Source: a virus
Direction: 5' to 3' (one strand)
Virus record (IMG/VR): IMGVR_UViG_3300050821_003843
Location: 1 to 64,000 of that record
Length of the DNA stretch: 64,000 nt
Positions within the stretch are counted from its first letter, which is position 1, and every line of letters starts with the position of its first letter. A model generated the notes under the pieces. That model was not told where the DNA came from. It saw nothing but the letters and a program-made list of their open reading frames with translations, and ran no database searches. Positions 10,634-19,667 of the stretch are shown here, one piece after another. The position numbers and the translations under genes were made by a program.

Positions 10634-11277
10634 TGGATGCTATTTTGGTGTCAGTGGATTATGGTGATTATCTAAGTATCTGCTTACCGTACAATCGTCG
10701 TCACTTTAACCGGGTCATGATCGTCACTACACCAGACGACGCGATAACTCAACAACTCGCCAAACAACACGATTGTCAACTCTATATTACCAAGTGCTTC
10801 TACGAAGATGGTGGACTTTTCAATAAGTATCGAGCATTGGAGGCAGGACTTGACGCATTCATGCCACAAGACTGGTTAGCAATTATGGACTCAGATGTGT
10901 TATGGCCAAAAGCGATTGACAACACTCAGTATCAGATCGGTAAACTCTACTCACCATTACGTAGGATGTGTAACAACACCAATCACGTATCACCAGAATC
11001 AGAATGGTCGAACTACCCTTATCATTCACTTCACAACAGCCCCACATGGAAAGATCATTGTAGTGGCTACACACAAATTCTACACGTGGGTGATATAGTG
11101 TTGAGATCAAAACCGTGGCATCGACTCGACCTACCCACGGCGCAAGGCGGTGATACCCACTTCCAAGACAAGTGGAAAGTAGAGAATCGAATTCGCCCCA
11201 ACTGGGAATGTCTACACCTTGGACCACCACGTCAGAACTGGTCAGGTCGAGTATCACCGCCCGTCAAGTTTGATTAG
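10633..11277 (+). CDS. GT-A fold glycosyltransferase (paralogue)
   Basis: ATG overlaps upstream TAA; VSVDYGDYL, FNKY, MDSDV, HLG..NWSGR. Confidence 0.75.
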   Translation: MDAILVSVDYGDYLSICLPYNRRHFNRVMIVTTPDDAITQQLAKQHDCQLYITKCFYEDGGLFNKYRALEAGLDAFMPQDWLAIMDSDVLWPKAIDNTQYQIGKLYSPLRRMCNNTNHVSPESEWSNYPYHSLHNSPTWKDHCSGYTQILHVGDIVLRSKPWHRLDLPTAQGGDTHFQDKWKVENRIRPNWECLHLGPPRQNWSGRVSPPVKFD

Positions 11278-11288
11278 TACCAACGAAA

Positions 11289-11319
11289 AACCCCTACCAG
11301 TTTTCAGGCTGGAGGGGTT
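11289..11319. terminator. Probable bidirectional intrinsic terminator
   Basis: AACCCCT-CCAG..CTGG-AGGGGTT hairpin between convergent operons, A-run on the left. Confidence 0.7.
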
Positions 11320-11326
11320 ATTGTGT

Positions 11327-11403
11327 GTTTTGGTGGTTTTTACGCCATTTCGAACAAAATACAGGGTTTCGTACCAGTTTTAACAACTTGGCGGCAAAAC
11401 GCA
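11327..11403 (-). repeat. Right copy of ~78-bp imperfect inverted repeat
   Basis: Reverse complement aligns with 1860-1937. Confidence 0.8.
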
Positions 11404-11414
11404 TTTAATCGCGT

Positions 11415-11684
11415 TTACGGTCGAGCGTACCAAGGTGTGTACTTCTGTTCAGTTTTCTTGCAATGTTTCATAGTTCGACCGTTCGTACCGTCTTCTGCGG
11501 TTTCATGCTCGCAATCGTCACACAACGGAGCGCCACAGACTAGACCCATTGTTTCATTACATCCATGTGTTGCAGGCTTGCCACATGAGTCACACTTAAG
11601 ATCAGCGTGTTCCAAACAAGTTATCTCGTCTGGGACATCACACTTTCCAATCCATGCTCGAATATATTGACACATACCGATCAA
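11415..11684 (-). CDS. Small Cys-rich (Zn-binding) protein
   Basis: Several CxxC/CxxH pairs. Confidence 0.55.
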   Translation of the reverse strand: MIGMCQYIRAWIGKCDVPDEITCLEHADLKCDSCGKPATHGCNETMGLVCGAPLCDDCEHETAEDGTNGRTMKHCKKTEQKYTPWYARP

Positions 11685-11688
11685 CTTT

Positions 11689-11991
11689 CTACTTCTGGTT
11701 GCGGGTGGGCAGGTACTTTGACCCTGTTTTCGGTCGTCGTGGTAAGGCTGGCTTGATTGCCTCGATCACTTCGACTTCATCGGGTGTGGGTTCGTCGACT
11801 GGTTGTACGGTCAACGCTTGGAACTGGGTGAGTCGATCAGCGAACACCTTTTGAGCGCCATTGATAAATCCATCACAGTAGGCTTCAGCAGCAGCAACCC
11901 CGTCTTGCTCGCCGTTCGATTGCACCTGATTCAATTCAGGCTTGGCGAGTCGTTTCGAGAAAATTCCAACAGCAAATCCAAATACGTTCAT
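11689..11991 (-). CDS. Hypothetical early protein
   Basis: ATG at 11991 with GAAGGA SD. Confidence 0.5.
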   Translation of the reverse strand: MNVFGFAVGIFSKRLAKPELNQVQSNGEQDGVAAAEAYCDGFINGAQKVFADRLTQFQALTVQPVDEPTPDEVEVIEAIKPALPRRPKTGSKYLPTRNQK

Positions 11992-12074
11992 TCTATGTTC
12001 CTTCGAAAATTGACCTAACGCGAAGTTGCGTCCTACTCGCCAGTCCGTAGGCAACTGGCGGTAAGGAAGAAACT

Positions 12075-12266
12075 TCATTCTTTACTAGGTGAGCGAAAAT
12101 CAAGTTCACCACCATTGGGACATTCCACCCTTGCCATAGTGGCTCCAGCCGCAACAGCGGCCTTAGCAGCCGCAACGGCGTGTGACTTGTATGTGTACTT
12201 ACGCGGAAAGAATCCACTTTTGTAGAGTTTGGGAGGGTTATTGACTTGTACAGTGTACGTTTTCAT
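12075..12266 (-). CDS. Hypothetical early protein
   Basis: AAGGA SD; basic 63-aa ORF. Confidence 0.55.
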   Translation of the reverse strand: MKTYTVQVNNPPKLYKSGFFPRKYTYKSHAVAAAKAAVAAGATMARVECPNGGELDFRSPSKE

Positions 12267-12371
12267 TTCATTGTTCCTTAGTTTAGTGATTGAAGCAGGA
12301 TTTGAACTTGGCAGTCAGGTGATCGAGTTCACGTTGGAGGAGTGTGAGGAGTAGTGTCATAACGTCATCCC

Positions 12372-12572
12372 CTACTTAATGAATTCGTCAACCAGATTTG
12401 CAATTTGATCGTTATCGCTAACACCGGCCAGCAGCAATTTACCAATGAGGAGTTTCACGGACTGTGTTTTCAATGCTGCACGAAACCGTTTTTCTTCAAC
12501 CTTGTTAGCGGCAGTTTTCTTGTAAACTCTTGGCGGCATGTTGGGGGAACCGAGTTCGATTGGATTGTTCAT
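12372..12572 (-). CDS. Hypothetical early protein
   Basis: GAAGGA SD downstream of a TATAAT promoter. Confidence 0.5.
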   Translation of the reverse strand: MNNPIELGSPNMPPRVYKKTAANKVEEKRFRAALKTQSVKLLIGKLLLAGVSDNDQIANLVDEFIK

Positions 12573-12613
12573 TTGTCTGTTCCTTCGTTTGAGTGATTGA
12601 CCTGACACATGAG

Positions 12614-12643
12614 ATTATACGCTCACTGGCCAATAAAGATCAA
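12614..12643 (-). promoter_or_regulatory. Sigma70-like early promoter
   Basis: Minus strand TTGATCTTTA...TATAAT followed by CTC(A/G)TGTGTCAG shared with the 13316 copy. Confidence 0.65.
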
Positions 12644-12660
12644 GTAATTCCGTGAAGTTT

Positions 12661-12888
12661 TCAACTTTTCTTCAAAGTTTTCTTAACTTGTTTAATTCCA
12701 CGGGGTTTGCCACGTTGAATCGGCTGGTAGTTTGCCTCAAAATGACGTAGGGCAGCTTCGGTGATGTCGTAATAACGTTTGCCCTGTACGACTTGATACG
12801 TGGCTTGCAACGTACCGCAGTCGATCAAGGCTCGCACACTACCGACTGAGCGATACCCTAGTCGTTTGGCAACTTGTGATGGAGTCAT
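12661..12888 (-). CDS. Excisionase/MerR-like HTH protein with AT-hook-like tail
   Basis: MTPSQVAKRLGY..VRALI..G.L.A; C-terminal QRGKPRG. Confidence 0.75.
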   Translation of the reverse strand: MTPSQVAKRLGYRSVGSVRALIDCGTLQATYQVVQGKRYYDITEAALRHFEANYQPIQRGKPRGIKQVKKTLKKS

Positions 12889-13274
12889 TTTCGTTTCAAT
12901 CCTTCAAAATCATTGCCATCGAACCATTCACACATAATCGACCGAACAAGGTTGGTTTCATCATCAGTAAAGCCAGCAGCCTTACAGACAATCACGTCGT
13001 CTTCATTACACGGTAAGGCGAGTGTGCGCCAAGCTTCTTGCACCTGCATATTTTGCTCGGTGAATTCTTCAGCCGACAACTTTGCACCAATTTCAGCAAT
13101 CGTCTTTTCACCGAGTTGGACAAGTAGCTTTTCACACTGTTCAAAACGAGCAACCCACTTGACTGGTACGGTCGCAGACACTTTAGGACTACCAGTGATC
13201 CCGTTCGGATAAGGTTGGTCACTATAGATTTCTTGAAACATTCGCAAGATGTTTGGAAAGGCTAAGAGTTTCAT
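12885..13274 (-). CDS. Hypothetical early protein
   Basis: AAGGA SD after promoter; coupled to HTH gene. Confidence 0.55.
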   Translation of the reverse strand: MKLLAFPNILRMFQEIYSDQPYPNGITGSPKVSATVPVKWVARFEQCEKLLVQLGEKTIAEIGAKLSAEEFTEQNMQVQEAWRTLALPCNEDDVIVCKAAGFTDDETNLVRSIMCEWFDGNDFEGLKRK

Positions 13275-13315
13275 CGTTTGTTCCTTTGGTTGAGTTGCGT
13301 TGACTGACACACGAG

Positions 13316-13343
13316 ATTATACACTGTAACGGCGTTAAAGCAA
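13316..13343 (-). promoter_or_regulatory. Sigma70-like promoter with palindrome TAACG-C-CGTTA in the spacer
   Basis: Minus strand TTGCTT-16-TATAAT; palindrome at 13327-13337. Confidence 0.65.
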
Positions 13344-13372
13344 CTGTGGATCACAGAATTCCGAAATAATTT

Positions 13373-13615
13373 TCAAGATTTCTTCAAATTACTCCTTTTC
13401 ATGGGTTTTCCGCGCGGTCGTCCCCGTTGGATTGGGTGGTAACTGGCGACGAATTCGGCGAGTTGTGATTCACTGACTGTGTATTCCTTGCGACCTGATG
13501 GCAATTCATGACACGTTGCAGGCATCACTCCAGCAACGATCATGGTGCGGACAAATCGTGAGGAGCGATAACCCAAACGTTTAGCAACTTGAGCGGGGGT
13601 GAGTTCAGGTGTCAT
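13373..13615 (-). CDS. Excisionase/MerR-like HTH protein with AT-hook (paralogue)
   Basis: LTPAQVAKRLGYRS; C-terminal PIQRGRPRG..LKKS. Confidence 0.75.
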   Translation of the reverse strand: MTPELTPAQVAKRLGYRSSRFVRTMIVAGVMPATCHELPSGRKEYTVSESQLAEFVASYHPIQRGRPRGKPMKRSNLKKS

Positions 13616-13663
13616 TATGGAGTTCTTTACTTAAAAATGGACCAATTATTCCGTGTCTTTATA

Positions 13664-14035
13664 TCACTTCCACTCGGTCCAGCAGTTCAAATCGTAGTCG
13701 TAGTCCCGTGTCAGTTTCGCCAAACGACAGAATTTGCTGACGAATGTTCCGTCCGCATCACTGTAACTAACATTGCACAAAAGATGTTCGAACGGGAAAT
13801 CGTAGTTGCTGAAGTCGATCCTGATCCATCCGGTTGACCCATCGAACTGATTGCAAACAGCGTCACGGATTTGGTCTTCGAACGGATGGCCAAACACTTC
13901 TTCGATTTTGCCACAAGGGATATATTCCACTAAATCTGTCGGATTCAGATTTCCGAGTTCGTGGCGAACAGCTTTGAGTTGTGATTCCAGTCGAGCCACT
14001 TTCAATTCCAAATCGCGTTTCGTTGACTTGACCAT
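13664..14035 (-). CDS. Hypothetical early protein
   Basis: GAAGGGGA SD; short N-terminal coiled coil. Confidence 0.55.
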   Translation of the reverse strand: MVKSTKRDLELKVARLESQLKAVRHELGNLNPTDLVEYIPCGKIEEVFGHPFEDQIRDAVCNQFDGSTGWIRIDFSNYDFPFEHLLCNVSYSDADGTFVSKFCRLAKLTRDYDYDLNCWTEWK

Positions 14036-14087
14036 GATTTCCCCTTCAATTTGATTGCAAAGTATGTTTAACCCACCCGACAACAAC

Positions 14088-14116
14088 ACTATACACCCTA
14101 ACGGCGTTAAAACAAG
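14088..14116 (-). promoter_or_regulatory. Sigma70-like promoter with the same palindrome
   Basis: Minus strand TTGTTT..TAACGCCGTTA..TATAGT; palindrome at 14099-14109. Confidence 0.6.
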
Positions 14117-14219
14117 TCTGGCTTAAAAGAAAATGACAAGTTTTTTCAAAATAAAAGAAAACCCCGCTCCAACGTCATGTCAGAACAGGGTTTAGGAAAA
14201 GTGAAAAAGTTTTGGAATT

Positions 14220-15743
14220 TTATGTTGGTTGGATCAATCTTAACTTGGCTACGGGTACAACCTGAATTTTCCCCGCACCGGCAAATCCATTGTCGACGGT
14301 CACTTTGGCGTTTTTACCGGCAAGGTCTTCAAGTGTGGCCGACCAACTGGCTTCAATTGGGTTTTCCACAATCCACACATGGTCCCCGGTCTTGATCGGT
14401 CGATGCAACTTGTCGCCACGAACTTTTTTCTGTAGTTGCTTTTGTTCGGGTGTGTCGTCAACAATTTCCTCTGTTTCTGTTGCTTCTGGGTCAGTCTTCT
14501 TCGGTGAGCCCTTGTCGATGGCAGAAATCAATGGCGTTTGTGACATGTCGAATGACTTCGTCCCTTCATCATCCATCGTGTAATCAGGCATGATCTTTTC
14601 GGAACTCAATGACTTACCGGCACTAAACAGGTTCCATGATTTGACGATGACCGCCAATCGCTCTGGGCCACTGATCGAGTTAGTGTCCTTGGCAATTTCC
14701 GAATAGGCTTCTTTAATTGGGAACATCGACTTTGCGCCGTTACCAATCGCCTCCCAGAACTTTTCCGCTAGATCTTTATGCCCCCACTTCAACATTCCAT
14801 CGTTGGGGGTGTCACAAGCATTGTACTTCTCTCCTGTATCACCTGACGAACCCATGAGAAACATCAAGGCAGCGGCTTTACCCAGCGGCAACACACTACT
14901 GATCGACCCTTCACTTTCGGCTTCATAGATAAACCTCACACACTCCAACAGTTTGGCATGACGATGGAGGAACTCGATTTGTTCCGAGTGAGTTCGGTTC
15001 GGCGCAAAAGCATCTGCAAACGCTGCTGTACGATGACCTAGCATTCGGATGGCATGTTCCGCGACTTTGGCAACCTTGACACGTTCGGTGGCGACGAGTC
15101 CATCAAAGTATTGATGATCGCGAAAGATCACATCGGCTAATGACCGGGGTTCTCCTGTATTGATGGTGTCGACGACTTTGGATGATTCACTGATCCCCGT
15201 GACCACTAAGCATTCAATTGCCGGTTCCTGATCTTTCCATTCTGGCCAGTTACCGGCATTCTCTTTCCATTCCTGCCATGCGAGTACCAACCCTACCAGA
15301 CGGTGCTGACAATCGAGACACAACCCGGTACGACCGATGATCATCGTTTCGCCGTTGGGACCGTTACCCAACCCACCATTCCAACGATTATTGAGTACCT
15401 CTGATTCCCATGTGCGAGCTAATGCAGCCCGAAATGGCCGATTCGTAATGTTATTGAGTAACCGAATCTTGGTTCCATAGTTGTCCTTCAAATCGAAATC
15501 GAGGGGCGCATTATCATCATCGGCGACTTCCGTCCAACCAAGTAGGAGTTTCGCTTTTTCTGCGATAAGTAATCCCAGTGGACCACCAAGCTCATAAAGC
15601 ATGATCCCGATCTTCTCATAAATCGTCTTGCGACCGTTACCATGATCGACTTCTGGCTTTGCTCCAGCCTTTTTCACTGCTGCTTTTTTGACCGGAGCCT
15701 TTGTGACAACTTCTTTTTTCGGTGCAACTTTCTTAACACTCAT
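14220..15743 (-). CDS. ParB-like (DGQHR-type) protein with Lys/Ala-rich N-terminus
   Basis: NRP..NGETMII..LDCQHRL motif; KKVAPKK..PVKKAAVKK N-terminus. Confidence 0.6.
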   Translation of the reverse strand: MSVKKVAPKKEVVTKAPVKKAAVKKAGAKPEVDHGNGRKTIYEKIGIMLYELGGPLGLLIAEKAKLLLGWTEVADDDNAPLDFDLKDNYGTKIRLLNNITNRPFRAALARTWESEVLNNRWNGGLGNGPNGETMIIGRTGLCLDCQHRLVGLVLAWQEWKENAGNWPEWKDQEPAIECLVVTGISESSKVVDTINTGEPRSLADVIFRDHQYFDGLVATERVKVAKVAEHAIRMLGHRTAAFADAFAPNRTHSEQIEFLHRHAKLLECVRFIYEAESEGSISSVLPLGKAAALMFLMGSSGDTGEKYNACDTPNDGMLKWGHKDLAEKFWEAIGNGAKSMFPIKEAYSEIAKDTNSISGPERLAVIVKSWNLFSAGKSLSSEKIMPDYTMDDEGTKSFDMSQTPLISAIDKGSPKKTDPEATETEEIVDDTPEQKQLQKKVRGDKLHRPIKTGDHVWIVENPIEASWSATLEDLAGKNAKVTVDNGFAGAGKIQVVPVAKLRLIQPT

Positions 15744-15959
15744 AATCTTGTTCCTATTGTAAAACGAATGAAACGGGTAAGGGGGTTACTTCGACAGGTT
15801 CTCGACTACGCAACTTTTTCTGTTTACGTTGCTTGGCTTCGCGCTCACTGGCACTTGCGCCTACGTCAACCCACGTAGGCCACCCTGACAACTCAGAGGC
15901 AGTAAAACTCGATTTCATCCATGACGGTACTCTAACGGTTCTCATGTGTAACTTCCTTG

Positions 15960-16532
15960 TTATTGTTGTGGTTCTTCAAATTCTACTGACACGTTTTCCG
16001 CACCACTGGGTAGCTCTAAATCACGATAGATCTGTTCCCTCATCTCATCAATTGTTTGTAGTCGACGTTCTTTTTTCGACTTAGGCATGATCCGTCGTTC
16101 TTCGACAACTGGCCCCAATGGCTGGTAGAGGGTTTCACCTGCATTGTTCTTACCTACGATGCGAAATGACTGACCACTGACGGCAATTCGTGGGTCGAGT
16201 AGGCGCTTGACAGGTTGCTTTTTCGAATGGCTCTGTTGACGCTTGTGGTTTGCGTGTTCGCGTCGTTCGGCTTGACGTGATCGGCGTAATGCCTCACGTT
16301 TTTGTTCCTTCATTTCACGCAACTTTTCCTGTTCCTTCTCACGTGCGTTTTTCGTGGCGACGACTTCAGCAGCATAGAGTTCCGCTCGTGTGGGTACTGA
16401 TTGCAACTTACCTTGATCCCTTGAATCGACAAATTGACGATTCACTTCATCAACACCTGTCTGGTCCACTGATGGTTGCTCAACCTGTTCCTTCTTACCA
16501 CGACTCGACCGTGATCCTCGACGAAATCCCAT
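15960..16532 (-). CDS. Hypothetical basic coiled-coil protein
   Basis: AAAGGA SD; 190-aa ORF. Confidence 0.5.
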   Translation of the reverse strand: MGFRRGSRSSRGKKEQVEQPSVDQTGVDEVNRQFVDSRDQGKLQSVPTRAELYAAEVVATKNAREKEQEKLREMKEQKREALRRSRQAERREHANHKRQQSHSKKQPVKRLLDPRIAVSGQSFRIVGKNNAGETLYQPLGPVVEERRIMPKSKKERRLQTIDEMREQIYRDLELPSGAENVSVEFEEPQQ

Positions 16533-16832
16533 TGGACGATCCTTTCAAACGAGACTAGAAATGGGGGCAGCACAACACCACCCCCTGAACTGACTTGGCT
16601 TGATGTTCCCTCTAAACTGTGATGTGAAACCCGCGTAACCATTCGGCGGGGCGTGAACCATAACCGAAACCGTTTGGCGATGCAACCCCACTGCAAAAGT
16701 ATTTTTGCTGGCTGCAATTTACACGATGTAAACACTGTGGTATGCTGAATGTATGGCCGTGTGTCGGCCGGAGGTGTGGACGCGTCGGCATGTCCCGCTC
16801 AGAAATGAGAACTGGCTGTTATCGCCACCGAC

Positions 16833-16929
16833 CAAAGGTAATATCCGTTACCTTTGAAAACTCGATTTTCCTTACCATTCAAATTCTGTATGGGAGGGGA
16901 GGTCGTTTTCAAAGGTAATATCTATACCT
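16833..16929. promoter_or_regulatory. Operator-like palindromes CAAAGGTAA-N6-TTACCTTTG in divergent intergenic region
   Basis: Perfect copy at 16833-16856 and degenerate copy at 16910-16929. Confidence 0.6.
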
Positions 16930-16959
16930 CTAAAATAATATAAATAAAGGAATACAAAC

Positions 16960-17739
16960 ATGCCTCTACAGTTCACCAATGAAAAGAAGAACAAACCCAC
17001 CTCTGCTGAAAAGCGATTATGGCAGTTAATCAAGGAAATGGGTTTATGTCCATATATCCATCCCCAACACACGATAGGATGGTTCATTGTTGACTACCTG
17101 TTCGCGAATAAGCAGGTAATTGTCGAGTTAGACGATGGTAATTCTGATCATGAACGACGTGATAGATGGTTGATTGACTGTGGGTACACCCTGTTAAGGT
17201 TTAGAAGTGAACTTGTCTTCAATTCACCTGATGTGATTTTCAAGACCGTAGAGAGTTGTGAGCCTCCAACACGTACACCACACCATTTATTGATTCGTGC
17301 GCAGTCCAAACGACGCATCGAAAAGGGATTGATGTTACTAGAAGAAGATAAAATCTTAATAGACGGTAGAATAGTATCGTTGGAATCACTCACAACTGCA
17401 CAACAAGAAAACGCACTGTCCGGGGTGGTGTATGATGTAAAGTATGTACGACATGACAAATCAGTAAAGTGCCCGAAATGTAGTACTAAACTCCATCGTT
17501 ACGATTGTCGCTGTGAGAACTGCTGTTCTCTAATTCGTTGGGGTTGGTTGGAAGATGCAGTCACATCAGCAAAGGAAGAACAAACTGTTTCTACAACCGT
17601 AAAAGTAGTGGAAGTGTCAAAGGGGCGGCAATTTACTGATGGCAAACGCTGTCGACCCAAATGTCCAAATTGTCAACGTGGCTTAGCTGGTACGTGGAAA
17701 TGTTGTCCCGGTTGTGCGGCAACCATTGTATGGAAGTAA
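16960..17739 (+). CDS. DUF559/Vsr-like endonuclease with C-terminal Zn ribbons
   Basis: TSAEKRLW..QHTIG.FIVDY..VELD..RDRWL..GY.LLRF; CPKC/CENC/CPNC/CPGC. Confidence 0.75.
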   Translation: MPLQFTNEKKNKPTSAEKRLWQLIKEMGLCPYIHPQHTIGWFIVDYLFANKQVIVELDDGNSDHERRDRWLIDCGYTLLRFRSELVFNSPDVIFKTVESCEPPTRTPHHLLIRAQSKRRIEKGLMLLEEDKILIDGRIVSLESLTTAQQENALSGVVYDVKYVRHDKSVKCPKCSTKLHRYDCRCENCCSLIRWGWLEDAVTSAKEEQTVSTTVKVVEVSKGRQFTDGKRCRPKCPNCQRGLAGTWKCCPGCAATIVWK

Positions 17740-17755
17740 CTTTCAGGAAAGGCGT

Positions 17756-18028
17756 ATGAAAAAAGCCAATAAGTATGGAGAAAAGGTAGAGCGTGTACGG
17801 ATCATCAAACGGGTTGTGATTGCGTATCCATTCACCAAGTGGTTCAGTAAGCCCCAGATGGTGCTAAAGAAAGGACAACACTTTGGAATTGACGCGAAGC
17901 GATTTGCGCAACAGTTGAGAAATGAGGCGGGTGAACGTGGGGTAAAAATCGCGTTAAAAGTGTATGGAAAGTATATTGCTCTAACGGTATGGGATCGAGT
18001 TACAGGTTACTCACAGGGGAACAAATGA
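17756..18028 (+). CDS. Hypothetical basic protein
   Basis: AGGAAAGG SD; YPFTKWF motif. Confidence 0.5.
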   Translation: MKKANKYGEKVERVRIIKRVVIAYPFTKWFSKPQMVLKKGQHFGIDAKRFAQQLRNEAGERGVKIALKVYGKYIALTVWDRVTGYSQGNK

Positions 18029-18333
18029 TGAAGAAAAAAGTAGTTCTAGCAATGTATGCCGGAGAAGAGCCAGTGGTGTTCTCATGTGGGGATCTAACAT
18101 TCGAGATTGGTTATACGGCAATACGTTTACTTGCAACTGAATTACAAATCATGGATACATCACAAATGTCTCAATCAACGAGGTTCCACGTTAAACGATT
18201 TGCGAAAGCGTTGGGCTTATTGAATGAAGAAACAATGAGGTTGACGCGATCAAAAACGACGCCTGAAGAAGATAAAGAGACGATGGAACGTTACCATCGA
18301 ACCGGATTCGGTTGTGTTGCAGATGAATTTTGA
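18025..18333 (+). CDS. Hypothetical protein
   Basis: Translationally coupled ORF. Confidence 0.45.
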   Translation: MMKKKVVLAMYAGEEPVVFSCGDLTFEIGYTAIRLLATELQIMDTSQMSQSTRFHVKRFAKALGLLNEETMRLTRSKTTPEEDKETMERYHRTGFGCVADEF

Positions 18334-18535
18334 AAGGAACAAATGATGAAAGAGATTTTAGTCGCCATCAATGAAGAGCTTATGCGGTTGACAAGTAAGT
18401 TGTCGATGGAGCGAAGATTTCCATCAAACAACCCCGACACGATGGATGAGAACATTCACGATTGTGAGGATCGTATCAAGGTTCTACGTGAAATTCGAAC
18501 GAAGATTGAAGACGCGTATATTTGAAAGGAAAATT

Positions 18536-19096
18536 ATGTTAAGTACAGTTGAACGTCGGAACCGAGTTGTATTTCCTGAATTTACTGGTGAGAGGATCTA
18601 CATGCGTGAATTCAGGCAGATAGATGGACTACCTAGGGGCTTGGAACGCTGGCAAGAAACAGTTGACCAGATGTTGCAGGGGCTGAGAACTGAAAAATCT
18701 ATCTTCATCATGGTGGATCAGTCAAAAGTGATCGAAGGGCAACCACAGCGTAGACCGGGCGTTCACATTGATGGAGTTTGGGTTGCAGGCCATTGGGACA
18801 ATGGTGGGTGGAAAACTGGTCAACACGATACCGGGGGCCACAGATTCATACCAGAAGACAACCAGTTGATCCTACTTGCATCTGATGTACAAGGTTGCGC
18901 CGCTTATGTCGGTGAATATGACGGTACGCCGGGTGAGGGAGGAGATTTTCAGCATCTTGACCTGTCACAACTTCAGAAAACTGAGTTGGAACCGATGTAC
19001 TGTTACGGAGGTAATGCGATGACGATGCTTCACGAGTCATTACCAATGAGGAAAACAGTAGATAGAACCTTAGTTCGTTTAAACGTGTCAGTCTAA
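18536..19096 (+). CDS. Putative 2OG-Fe(II) oxygenase-fold protein
   Basis: RRPGVHIDG (HxD) ... LHESLP ... RTLVRL. Confidence 0.55.
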   Translation: MLSTVERRNRVVFPEFTGERIYMREFRQIDGLPRGLERWQETVDQMLQGLRTEKSIFIMVDQSKVIEGQPQRRPGVHIDGVWVAGHWDNGGWKTGQHDTGGHRFIPEDNQLILLASDVQGCAAYVGEYDGTPGEGGDFQHLDLSQLQKTELEPMYCYGGNAMTMLHESLPMRKTVDRTLVRLNVSV

Positions 19097-19124
19097 TCCC
19101 ACAGGAAAATAAAGGAAACTCAAA

Positions 19125-19667
19125 ATTCCATTACCAACGAAAAAGAAACAACTGAGTGATACGATATTTTTGGGCATCGACCCCGGTACAGGTGGTGGAT
19201 TAGCAGCGATCATGCCAGAAGGTGAAATCATCTACACACCGATGCCAGAAACAGAAATGGATATTTGGAACTGGTTTGACGAGACTATGAATAGTCATGG
19301 AGGTAGTTCACTTCCAATCAAAGCCTTGCTAGAACGTGTATGGGCTGCGCCAATGGCTGGACGTAAGCAAGGTGGATCGAGTATGTTCACCTTTGGACAA
19401 AACTTTGGTTCGATGCGCATGGCTTTAACGGCAATCGGTGCAGAATGGGAAACACCAACGCCACAACAATGGATGAAGGGGTTAGGAATTCCAGTTGTCA
19501 AAGATGAATCACAACCACAACGAAAGGAACGATTGAGGGGAGTTGCTCAAAAACTCCTACCCAAACTTGAACTATGGAAAGAGCCTCGATCATTGGGTAA
19601 ACAACGCGCAGTCGCAGATGCACTGTTAATCGCGATTTATTGTCAACGAAAACACAACGGTCTGTAA
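19125..19667 (+). CDS. RuvC-like Holliday junction resolvase (probable AUU start)
   Basis: IFLGIDPGTGGG, LERV, FTFGQNFG, PQQW, ADALLIA; AAGGA 8 nt before ATT. Confidence 0.8.
   Translation: MPLPTKKKQLSDTIFLGIDPGTGGGLAAIMPEGEIIYTPMPETEMDIWNWFDETMNSHGGSSLPIKALLERVWAAPMAGRKQGGSSMFTFGQNFGSMRMALTAIGAEWETPTPQQWMKGLGIPVVKDESQPQRKERLRGVAQKLLPKLELWKEPRSLGKQRAVADALLIAIYCQRKHNGL

Noticed and set aside
12661-13615. Excisionase implying an integration module
   Set aside because: No tyrosine or serine recombinase or att site is recognisable; the HTH genes sit in promoter cassettes
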